A stretch of 64,000 nucleotides of DNA from Roseibacillus sp. (GTDB lineage: Bacteria; Verrucomicrobiota; Verrucomicrobiia; Verrucomicrobiales; Akkermansiaceae). The notes beneath the pieces were generated by a model, which made no database searches, was not told the origin of the DNA, and saw nothing but the letters and a program-made list of their open reading frames with translations. The position numbers and the translations under genes were made by a program. This document shows, piece after piece, positions 55,979-64,000 of this stretch (position 1 is the first letter of the stretch; every line of letters starts with the position of its first letter). The stretch is from assembly GCA_051251855.1 (NCBI GenBank), contig JBPOGI010000001.1, forward strand, positions 64,001-128,000, written 5' to 3'.

Positions 55979-56947
55979 ATGAAACATATTTTAGTTACAG
56001 GCGGAGCTGGGTTTATCGGAAGTCATACTTGCGAAGCTCTGCTGGCTCGTGGAGATCGGGTCACCATCATCGATAATTTCGATCCCTTCTATGATCGAAC
56101 GATCAAGGAGCGAAACTTGTCTCAGGCCCGAACGTCTCCCCATTTTTCAATGATTGAGGGCGATATCAACGACACGAGTATCTATGAACAGCTCAAGGGG
56201 AAAGGAATCGACGTTATTGTCCACCTTGCCGCCAAGGCGGGAGTTCGCCCCTCAATAGAGGACCCATTGGGATACGAGAGGACCAATGTGCAGGCGACGA
56301 TTAAGTTACTGCAGTTTGCTGTAAGTGAGGATATTAAGCACTTTGTATTCGCTTCTTCATCGAGTGTCTACGGAGAGAATCCTAACCATCCATGGAAAGA
56401 GAATGAGCCAGATCTGAAGCCGATTAGTCCCTATGCCGCCACCAAGTTGGCTGGGGAAGGGATGGGGCACGTCTTTAGTCACCTTTACGGAATTCGGTTC
56501 ACTGCCTTGCGGTTTTTTACTGTTTTCGGGCCTCGGCAGCGTCCAGATTTGGCGATCAATAAATTCACGAGGCTCATCTCAGCTGGTGAGAAAATTCCGT
56601 TTTTTGGGGATGGTTCTTCCTCACGCGATTATACTTATATTGACGATATCGTCTCGGGTGTTCTCAAGGCCGTTGACTACCGAGCCAAGAAGTTTGAGGT
56701 TTTCAATCTAGGAAATGATCAGACCGTCAGTCTTCAAGAGATGGTAGACGTGATTGCCGAGACTCTAGAGCTTCCTGCTAAAATTGACTCTCTTCCAAAG
56801 CAACCAGGTGATGTTCCCATTACAGCGGCCTCGATTGAGCATTCTAAAAGTGAGCTTGGTTATCAGCCTGCGGTTTCTTTTAAAGAAGGTATTGAGCGCT
56901 TTGTGGATTGGTCTAAGACGCGTATCGAGGTAGATGAAAAATCATGA
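55979..56947 (+). CDS. NAD-dependent epimerase (UDP-glucuronate 4-epimerase-like)
   Basis: VTGGAGFIGS, HLAAKAGVRPS, ASSSSVYG, SPYAATK, LRFFTV.GPRQRPD.AI.KF, QPGDV. Confidence 0.85.
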   Translation: MKHILVTGGAGFIGSHTCEALLARGDRVTIIDNFDPFYDRTIKERNLSQARTSPHFSMIEGDINDTSIYEQLKGKGIDVIVHLAAKAGVRPSIEDPLGYERTNVQATIKLLQFAVSEDIKHFVFASSSSVYGENPNHPWKENEPDLKPISPYAATKLAGEGMGHVFSHLYGIRFTALRFFTVFGPRQRPDLAINKFTRLISAGEKIPFFGDGSSSRDYTYIDDIVSGVLKAVDYRAKKFEVFNLGNDQTVSLQEMVDVIAETLELPAKIDSLPKQPGDVPITAASIEHSKSELGYQPAVSFKEGIERFVDWSKTRIEVDEKS

Positions 56948-57426
56948 AATTATACCTAAGTAATCTTGTCTCAAAATTACTTGTGTTTGCGAGAAAGTGC
57001 GAGGTATTCGTTCTGAAGTCTAAAATGGACACAGGCTGTGGAGTGATAGTTAGGCCAGGTTTTAAAGTGACCCACCCTAGTAATGTTCAGGTTGGTGACG
57101 ATGTTTATATCAATTCCGACGTTAATATAATGTCTCATGGTTCGGTGAGAATTGGCGCGCGTAGTATAATTGCTCCACGGGTTCAAATTATCTCAGTAAA
57201 TCATGATTTGAATTTCAAAGGATTGGAACTCAGAGACTCTACGGTTTTAGAAGAAGTTGATGTGGGCGAAGATGTTTGGTTGGGTGCTGGGGCTATATTA
57301 CTGCCAGGAGTGAGTATCGGCAATAATTCTGTTGTTGGAGCAGGTTCTGTTGTAACTAAGACGCTTCCAGAAAATGTGATCGCAGTAGGCAATCCTTGCC
57401 GAGTGATTAGAGCAAGATCATCGTGA
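56944..57426 (+). CDS. Hexapeptide-repeat (LbH) sugar O-acyltransferase
   Basis: VGEDVWLGAGAILLPGVSIGNNSVVGAGSVVTK, VGNP. Confidence 0.9.
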   Translation: MKLYLSNLVSKLLVFARKCEVFVLKSKMDTGCGVIVRPGFKVTHPSNVQVGDDVYINSDVNIMSHGSVRIGARSIIAPRVQIISVNHDLNFKGLELRDSTVLEEVDVGEDVWLGAGAILLPGVSIGNNSVVGAGSVVTKTLPENVIAVGNPCRVIRARSS

Positions 57427-58748
57427 ACGTTGGGGGAAATGTAATCTGGGCTCTCTCAGAAACAGTTGTCAGAATATTCGTGACGTTTTTTGTCAATGTA
57501 CTCATTGCTAGGCATCTAGGGCCTGAGAATTATGGAGTGCTGACTGCTGCTTTTATAACCGTCACATGGGCTATGACTTTTGCTGCCCTAGGTTTAGATA
57601 CTGTTGTAATCCGCGAGATATCAGCCAAAGATTTTAAGGTTCCAGAAATTTTAGGAGTGGCGGCACTCTTTCGGTTATTCTCAGCCACGCTTTCTATAAT
57701 TGTAATTGGAGTGCTTATTTTCCGTAGCGGGATGGAAAATTTCTTTTCCGAGCCCTATTCGATGTGGGCGGCGGTAGCAATAATGTCCCCGCTTATTTTT
57801 TTTCAACCATTGTCATATACGATGGCGAACACCTTCAGTGCATTCTTACGTGCGGATATCTTGACGAGAGCCAAGTTAAGTGGACTAGCTTTCGCTACTG
57901 GGGGTAGAATTGTGGGGCTAGTTTTAGGACTGCCGTTTGTTTATTTTGCCTTCTGTCACTTGGTCGAGCATTTGGTTGCTACTGTGGCTGGGATTTGGGG
58001 CTATAGAAAAAACGTGGCAAAACAGGTGGGGGCTTGGAAAATTAGCAAAGGTGTCGCGGAAAGATTGTATCAGGATGGTCGTTGGCTTTTCGCCTCGGCA
58101 TGCGTGGTGTGTATTATTCAAGGTTCGGGCGTGCTACTACTTAAGGGACTTTCGAATGAATTCGAAACAGGAATTTATTCTGCAGCCTTGAGGCTTGCCA
58201 TGGTTTTCCAGTTTGTTCCAGCTGTACTTTGTAAAACCTTCCTTCCGTTGATAAGCGGCCAAGGGAAGGGTGTTGCGGACGAAAATGTGGCGACCTTGGA
58301 GAGGGAGTTGTTTAGATTGTTATGGTTGTTTGGGTATTCGGTCGCGTTATTTTTCCTGTTTTTTGGCGACTTATTGGTTCCATTTATTTTAGGGGCTGAG
58401 TATCAAGAAGCCTCTGACTCGTTGAAGATACTTTCAGTGGTACTGATTCCCTTGAGTGTAGGAGCAGCTCGCAGTATTTACTTCGCTAAGGACCGTTCCT
58501 ATAAAAAGCTACTAATTACGGATGTTACTGGCGCATTTTTTACGGTAGCTCTCGGCTTACTTTTGGTTCCTCGATATGGAGCAACTGGAGCTGCAGTTTC
58601 AGCATTAGTCGCCGCTGTGATTGGTTATCTCATTGTTCCCTATGTCATTCTGGAGAGAGGGAAAGAAAGTTCCCGCACCGTTTTAAAAGGTGCTCTTTTT
58701 CCTTTTCCAAATTTCAAGATCCTTTTTAAGGCGAAACTTTCCTCTTAG
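57423..58748 (+). CDS. wzx: Wzx-type flippase
   Basis: About 12 TM helices; ARHLGPENYG, LGLD...IRE, GIYSAA.RL, LVP.YGA.GAA. Confidence 0.88.
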   Translation: MNVGGNVIWALSETVVRIFVTFFVNVLIARHLGPENYGVLTAAFITVTWAMTFAALGLDTVVIREISAKDFKVPEILGVAALFRLFSATLSIIVIGVLIFRSGMENFFSEPYSMWAAVAIMSPLIFFQPLSYTMANTFSAFLRADILTRAKLSGLAFATGGRIVGLVLGLPFVYFAFCHLVEHLVATVAGIWGYRKNVAKQVGAWKISKGVAERLYQDGRWLFASACVVCIIQGSGVLLLKGLSNEFETGIYSAALRLAMVFQFVPAVLCKTFLPLISGQGKGVADENVATLERELFRLLWLFGYSVALFFLFFGDLLVPFILGAEYQEASDSLKILSVVLIPLSVGAARSIYFAKDRSYKKLLITDVTGAFFTVALGLLLVPRYGATGAAVSALVAAVIGYLIVPYVILERGKESSRTVLKGALFPFPNFKILFKAKLSS

Positions 58749-58753
58749 TAGCG

Positions 58754-59839
58754 ATGAAACAACCTCTTTCAATTATCATCCCAACTGTCAATCGGGGGGA
58801 GCTCTTTAGGAGCCCCTTGGAATCCGTCGTTTCCCAGTTGGAAGAGGGCGATGAGCTTATTATCTCGATCAATGGCCCTAGGGAGCCGGTCTTGAAAGTG
58901 TTGGAAGATTTCGAGCAGGAGCTTGCCGGAGTTGAGTTGAAGCTCGTTTGGCCAGAGTCGAAATTAAATATTTATCAGCATTGGAATTTTGTGATTCGGC
59001 AGGCCAAACATCGAGAGTGTGTTTTTGTTCATGATGATGAAATCTACCATAGTAGGCTCTTAGCAATCGCAAGAGAGGAATTTCTTGCAGACCAAGAAAC
59101 CACTTTGGTCACTGGCGGACATATTCGCGTAATTGCTCCGCAAATGAAATGTTTTCGCACGATAGCCTTCACCGAGAGAGAGGAGTTTCCGAAAGCTGAA
59201 TGGGTTGAGGCACAGAAGAATGCTGTTTTCCCTAAGTATGGGTGCACCGCCTACATTTTCCGGCGTCAATTAGACGGCTATTCCTTCTTTGAGCAGAACA
59301 CCCGCGTTTCTGACGCGCTCTTGATGTATTCTCAGAGTATGTCTGGAAAGGTCGTTCAGCGACCAGAGTTCTTTGGAACTCGCTTGCTGCACGCAGAGAA
59401 CACCTCCCACACCGATTACCTAGAGCCTGGGCATCGTGCCTATTGGGAGGGGTTGGCTGAATTAGCGCGTGAGTCTGATTGTGAGAGTCTCGTTCGAGCC
59501 GCACAAGAGGCTAAGGAGAGTGCCGCAGGCCTCTATTCGAAGAACGCCCTCCATGCCGCTTTACCTCGTGGAGACCGGCAAGGGTTTGAGGAATGTCTTC
59601 GACAGATCAAACTCGCCGGCGGCGCACCCACGAGCTCGTTGAAGATCCTTTCCCGCTTACCTCTTTTGTGGGCTTGGGGGCCGGTGCTCTTTCAGTTGGG
59701 CAAGGCTTTGAGGAATGCTCTGAAGCCAAAGTATGAAGGCTCTAGTGGAACTGAAATTTCAAGTGAAGAGCTTGAGAGCGACTTGGAATTGCAGGCCGGT
59801 ACTTGGAAGGTCTTTTGTGCTCGTGTCGGGCAACTTTAG
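58754..59839 (+). CDS. GT2 family glycosyltransferase
   Basis: LSIIIPT.NR, SV.SQ, WN, FVHDD. Confidence 0.8.
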   Translation: MKQPLSIIIPTVNRGELFRSPLESVVSQLEEGDELIISINGPREPVLKVLEDFEQELAGVELKLVWPESKLNIYQHWNFVIRQAKHRECVFVHDDEIYHSRLLAIAREEFLADQETTLVTGGHIRVIAPQMKCFRTIAFTEREEFPKAEWVEAQKNAVFPKYGCTAYIFRRQLDGYSFFEQNTRVSDALLMYSQSMSGKVVQRPEFFGTRLLHAENTSHTDYLEPGHRAYWEGLAELARESDCESLVRAAQEAKESAAGLYSKNALHAALPRGDRQGFEECLRQIKLAGGAPTSSLKILSRLPLLWAWGPVLFQLGKALRNALKPKYEGSSGTEISSEELESDLELQAGTWKVFCARVGQL

Positions 59840-59854
59840 AAATTTGGCAAAACT

Positions 59855-61048
59855 ATGGCACTGATATTAGATAAATCTGAGGAGATATCTTCCGAGAACT
59901 CGTTCCGCATTGGAGTTCTCGGTGATTGGTACCGTGGCTCAGATCTCGGTGATTCTCAGGATTGGTTCGATGGTATTTCTTCGGAATCTCTGGACCACCT
60001 CATTGTCAATGTGGAGGCTTGCTTGAGTGACTCGACTCATGAGCGGCGGATGAAGGCAGGCCCGTGCCTAAAGATGCCAACGAAGCGTGCTAAGGAGCTG
60101 CTAGGAAAAGCGAGTGAGGTTCTCGCAACTCTATCCAATAATCATATTTTTGATTACGGCCAAGGAGGCTTGAAAGAGACTCTATCAGCATTGCGTGAAC
60201 AGGGGATTCCCTTTGTGGGGGCAGGGATGAGCGAAGAGGAGGCTTGGAAGGTTGCTCGCATCCCGTGTGTTGAGAATGAAGTCGTCGTTATCAACTTCTC
60301 AGAGGGGGAGGACGATTCCGCTGCCAGAGGTCAGCGCGCGGGAGTATCAGGTTATGATGTCGCGCGGGTGGTTAATTCGGTCCATAAAGAAAAGGCTGCA
60401 GGAAATGGCGTTGTGGTCATTTTTCATGGAGGACGAGAAAGGGTCAATCTACCGCCTCCATACGTTCAGCGTCTCTTTCGGTCCCTGGCTGAAGCAGGAG
60501 CGGATTGCGTGATAGGGCATCATTCCCATGTTCCTCAACCTTGGGAAGAATGGAATGGAAAGGTTCTTTTCTATAGTATTGGCAATTCACTCTTTGACTA
60601 CCGGAATCCTTCGGGTTTACAGGCAACGGGCTTGCTTCCTCGTATTCGTTTTTCAAGCTCAGCCCAGGTGGTTTCGATTGAGGTTGATGCTTTTGAGTCG
60701 AAGCAAGGAAGGTTAGTTCCTCTGGTGGCATCCTCTGGCTTGTTTAAACATCTTGCAGAAGGAGCCTGCTTCTTGAGAGAAGAAGGGAGGATTGAGGAGT
60801 CCTGGAATATTGAGTGTCAGCGACAGAAAGCGCTTTCCAAAAAGAGTCTTCTTAGATTGTTCGTTCTTGTCGCTCTTACTCCGCTGCGAGTCCGAAAGGG
60901 TGCCAAAGGATTACGTGCTTTTGTGGGCACAGTAGCTCACCAAGAGTTTTTAACGAGAAGGTTAAGCTTTCTTCTAGAGCCTGAATCAAATGTCAATCCA
61001 AGCGAGTTGGATGCCTACTTGAGTCGAAAGAATATCGAGCGATTATGA
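59855..61048 (+). CDS. CapA (PGA_cap) family metallophosphoesterase-fold protein
   Basis: GD, NVE, LSNNHIFDYG, GAG, HGG.E, GAD.VIGHHSHV, YSIGN. Confidence 0.85.
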   Translation: MALILDKSEEISSENSFRIGVLGDWYRGSDLGDSQDWFDGISSESLDHLIVNVEACLSDSTHERRMKAGPCLKMPTKRAKELLGKASEVLATLSNNHIFDYGQGGLKETLSALREQGIPFVGAGMSEEEAWKVARIPCVENEVVVINFSEGEDDSAARGQRAGVSGYDVARVVNSVHKEKAAGNGVVVIFHGGRERVNLPPPYVQRLFRSLAEAGADCVIGHHSHVPQPWEEWNGKVLFYSIGNSLFDYRNPSGLQATGLLPRIRFSSSAQVVSIEVDAFESKQGRLVPLVASSGLFKHLAEGACFLREEGRIEESWNIECQRQKALSKKSLLRLFVLVALTPLRVRKGAKGLRAFVGTVAHQEFLTRRLSFLLEPESNVNPSELDAYLSRKNIERL

Positions 61049-62826
61049 TTAGAATTCTCCCTAAATCTCAGGAGGCAGGCAGTAGCTCTGCTGTCGTTGA
61101 TATGTTCGCCAAGTTGCCAAACTATTGGTCTCGCGAGGATCATTTTGATAGCATCATGGTTGAGCAGTTTCGTTTCGACAAGAGGGAAGAGTGGGACAAA
61201 GCGGAAAGTGCCTGCGGACGATGGCACCTATGGATTGAGGGGCGCCCGTTTTTAGATGGGGCGCCTCGGAAAGGGAAGCATGTGGTTGCCGAGCTTTTGA
61301 CGGCTATCATTGACTCGGGAAGCCTCGCCGAGACCCTTTTGCGTTGTGACGGAGGAGCTACCGCCTTTTTCTTTGATCGCGAGAAAGAGCTCTTAGAGGT
61401 CGCAACAGATCTCATTGGTCTATACCCCGCTTTCGTCTTTAATAATGGTCAGAGTGGACTCTCTACTCATTCTGAGTGGTTGGCTGAGGCTTATTCTGGT
61501 TCTCTTACGTTCGACGAGCTCAGTCTTGTCGAGCAGATCTATCATAGCTCAGTTTCGCCACCTTACACTTTCTACAATGAAATGAGGGAGCTGAGCCCAG
61601 CTCTGCATCAAGTTTGGTCTGTCAGCAACGGTTTGAAAGAGCTTTCGAGCGAAGTCTATTGGACTCCAAGAGTAGGAAGCGATCTTTCGTATGAGGACTC
61701 GGTTAAGCTCTTGGCAGAGGGCTTGGAGGAGTCCGTAGTTTTACGAACAAAGGACAGCGGAAAAAAGACGATCTTACTATCGGGTGGCGCAGACTCGCGG
61801 CTCATCTTGGGTGCTAATCAGGAGCCAGAACAAACCTCGGCCATCACCCTCGTTGATGCTCCCAATCCTGAATCAGAGATTTCAAAAAAATTAGCCCAGA
61901 TTGGGCAAGTGCAGCATGAGGTCATTATTCGAGAGAAAGACCACTACAGTAAAACGGCTAGTCTTGCCCTCGACATTGCTGGAGGCTTCGGCTCGCCGAT
62001 GGATAATCATATTCTTAGCCTACTTGAGGACCCGAGAATCAAAGATGCAGATACTATTTTGACAGGATGTCATGGGGACTATTTCTTTAAATCTGTATTT
62101 CTCCCGAAAAAGAGCGTTAAGGTCCTAGGACGCAGCATGCCGATTAAGACCCTGGCAAAAGAGCCTTTCTTGATGCCGAATCATATCCCCGAAATCAGTG
62201 TGGAACTTCGTGAAATGCTTCAAGAACGGTGGGAGAAGAGGTTGTATACTTGGCAATCCCTAGCCCCAGAAGGAGAGTTAAACGCGTTGGAAGCCAGTCG
62301 AGTTATGCCAATGTCCCGCGAGATTGACTCCCTATTCAGGACCCCAATGGCGAGGATTCTTCCGTGGGATCCGCTCTTCTACAGCCGGAAACTTCTAGAC
62401 CTCATGTGGCGTATTCCTGTTCCCTATAAGGTTGATGGAGTATACTATGAAAAAGCGGTGAAGGAGGTTGTTGGCGGTGAACTCTCAAAGGTCAAGAATG
62501 CGAATTACGGGTCTCCGTTGGGTGCGTCGGCGGCTTTAAAAACTGGATACTATCTTCTGTTGTTGGTTAGAAAGTATCTCGTAAAAAAAGAGGGGTTATC
62601 GAGTAGCTCATGGCCCAATTATAAGACGCTTCTTCAATCGGACTCTTTTTTACGTTCAGTTTTTGAAAATACGGCAAACGTCGATAATAATTTGCAAGTA
62701 GTTCAAGAGTTGGGTCAAGCGGTTTGCAATAATAGCACTCGTTTAAGTATTGATGTTACATACAATGCTTTAGGTGTTTATATCTGGTTAAATGAAAATA
62801 ACACAAAAAATAAAAAATATAGTTAA
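61045..62826 (+). CDS. Asparagine synthetase-related ATP-dependent amide ligase
   Basis: Ntn-like D..G..P region, PP-loop LLSGGADSR, G..GD; no N-terminal Cys. Confidence 0.75.
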   Translation: MIRILPKSQEAGSSSAVVDMFAKLPNYWSREDHFDSIMVEQFRFDKREEWDKAESACGRWHLWIEGRPFLDGAPRKGKHVVAELLTAIIDSGSLAETLLRCDGGATAFFFDREKELLEVATDLIGLYPAFVFNNGQSGLSTHSEWLAEAYSGSLTFDELSLVEQIYHSSVSPPYTFYNEMRELSPALHQVWSVSNGLKELSSEVYWTPRVGSDLSYEDSVKLLAEGLEESVVLRTKDSGKKTILLSGGADSRLILGANQEPEQTSAITLVDAPNPESEISKKLAQIGQVQHEVIIREKDHYSKTASLALDIAGGFGSPMDNHILSLLEDPRIKDADTILTGCHGDYFFKSVFLPKKSVKVLGRSMPIKTLAKEPFLMPNHIPEISVELREMLQERWEKRLYTWQSLAPEGELNALEASRVMPMSREIDSLFRTPMARILPWDPLFYSRKLLDLMWRIPVPYKVDGVYYEKAVKEVVGGELSKVKNANYGSPLGASAALKTGYYLLLLVRKYLVKKEGLSSSSWPNYKTLLQSDSFLRSVFENTANVDNNLQVVQELGQAVCNNSTRLSIDVTYNALGVYIWLNENNTKNKKYS

Positions 62827-63505
62827 GAGGTTCTGCTACACTCCGAATTCTCTAAGGCATGACTTGGAAGGGGAGCTCGTATTTCAGCACCTACAAGAAC
62901 ATGGACCTTTCGAAATGTTGGTTGATGCCGGAGCTGGTGGAGGCGGCTATACGGTAGAAATTTTACGAAGAGGTATCTCACGAAAGGTGGTGGCCGTTGA
63001 GTCGGATTCAGCAAACTTTGAAGTTTTGAAAAATCGAGCATTGGATTTCTCTGGTCAAGTTGAAATCCACGAATGCTATTTAGAAGACACCCCAGTAGAA
63101 AACGGATCCGCCAGCGCTGTGATTTGCAATCAGGTTTTGGAGCACATCGAAGACCATCAGCGGGCCGCCCAAAAGCTGGTGAATATGCTGGCACCCGGTG
63201 GACTTTTGGTCGCTAGTGTGCCGCGTTCGCCAGTGGCATTGCCTCAAGTGGGTCATGTGAGAGATGGCTACACAGAGCAAGAATTTGAGGACCTTTTTGC
63301 GAGCATTGGGATGGAGAAAATCTGTTTTGATTGGTTTTACACCGAAGAAACTCAGGCGCTTCGAGGTAAGCTCAGGTCAATGAGGCAACGAAATATCTAT
63401 CCGCCGAAGATCTTCTTCTCAGCTAAGGAGCTTGAACTTTCGCCCGAGGAACGCTCTAAACGCAAACCCATGGGTTTAATACTCGTGGCTCGAAAAAAGA
63501 GCTAA
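62792..63505 (+). CDS. Class I SAM-dependent methyltransferase
   Basis: LVDAGAGGG, VLEHIED, L.PGG..V..VP. Confidence 0.85.
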   Translation: MKITQKIKNIVKRFCYTPNSLRHDLEGELVFQHLQEHGPFEMLVDAGAGGGGYTVEILRRGISRKVVAVESDSANFEVLKNRALDFSGQVEIHECYLEDTPVENGSASAVICNQVLEHIEDHQRAAQKLVNMLAPGGLLVASVPRSPVALPQVGHVRDGYTEQEFEDLFASIGMEKICFDWFYTEETQALRGKLRSMRQRNIYPPKIFFSAKELELSPEERSKRKPMGLILVARKKS

Positions 63506-63548
63506 TTTATGAGGAGCCCATTCACTCAATTTTAATAAATATCTCCGT

Positions 63549-64000
63549 ATGGACAGCAAGAAAATTTTAACGGGCGTCATCGCAGTCGGCGCGCTGTTTC
63601 TCTCTCTTCTTATCATTCAGTCAGTATTGACTGGCGGAGGGAACTCATTGAGTAAGCTTTTTCTCTATCTATCAATTGGTGGTGCTGTTTGCGGTTTCGT
63701 TAATCCAAAAGCTGGAATCTTTTTCCTAATTATCATGGGGTTCTATCTCGATATGATGAAGAGATTTCTAATTATCGAGGGTGTAGTTGGGATTATTGAT
63801 TTGGTTCAAATTTTAGCGTTAGCTCCAATTACTTTTGCGGGGATGCTCGCAGGACAATGTGTGAGGTGTCTTTTTGGGAAGGACTCCTTTAATAGAAGGG
63901 AGGCAGTTGCCTTCGCTTTTAGTGTTTTATTGTCGGTCGCGGTGCTTGGGTTGAGTCTCCTTAAGCAAGGATTTGGCATTCGGGCCATTGCAGAGGCGGG
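63549..64000 (+). CDS. Polytopic membrane protein truncated by the window end (possible Wzy-type polymerase)
   Basis: Absent from the ORF track; open frame from ATG 63549 to the edge, MDSKKILTGVIAVGALFLSLLIIQSVLTGGGNSL...NPKAGIFFLIIMGFYLDMMKRFL, with several hydrophobic helices. Confidence 0.6.
   Translation, partial: MDSKKILTGVIAVGALFLSLLIIQSVLTGGGNSLSKLFLYLSIGGAVCGFVNPKAGIFFLIIMGFYLDMMKRFLIIEGVVGIIDLVQILALAPITFAGMLAGQCVRCLFGKDSFNRREAVAFAFSVLLSVAVLGLSLLKQGFGIRAIAEA

Noticed and set aside
59855..61048. Poly-gamma-glutamate capsule operon
   Set aside because: No capB/capC (pgsB/pgsC) in the window; the CapA domain alone is not diagnostic
1..64000. tRNA, rRNA, CRISPR arrays, IS elements, prophage
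   Set aside because: Intergenic gaps are short and show no cloverleaf, regularly spaced repeats, transposase, integrase or phage genes on manual reading; dedicated scans were not run

Overview
A gene-dense bacterial chromosome segment, probably from a Verrucomicrobiota (Roseibacillus/Akkermansiaceae-like) genome; this is inferred from protein style and gene content, not from a marker gene. Positions 1-39.4 kb are mostly housekeeping and envelope genes: a WcaJ-type initiating transferase, purH, pgsA, rppH, ppk2, purD, sbtAB, DUF368, sufT, recN and dnaE. This part also holds a translationally coupled lipid-modification operon at 4.6-12.6 kb resembling an expanded furan-fatty-acid (UfaD/UfaO/UfaM-like) pathway. 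From 39.4 kb to the end is the 5' part of a large surface-polysaccharide locus headed by a GbsR/MarR-type regulator and an RfaH/NusG-paralog antiterminator. It encodes a GDP-mannose 3,5-epimerase homolog, PAPS synthesis (cysC, cysD, cysN, with a two-gene DUF6036 module inserted), a membrane-anchored PQQ-dehydrogenase/cytochrome c fusion, an MBOAT acylation pair, a CDP-3,6-dideoxyhexose pathway, Wzx, and CapA-family, Asn-synthetase-like and methyltransferase tailoring genes. The clearest non-coding signals are two pairs of palindromic operators linking each GbsR-type regulator to a likely target, a perfect 20-bp palindrome before sbtA, tandem terminators inside the polysaccharide locus, and recurring near-leaderless promoters. 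No tRNA, rRNA, CRISPR array, transposase or prophage was recognised. All family assignments are by motif recognition, without database searches.
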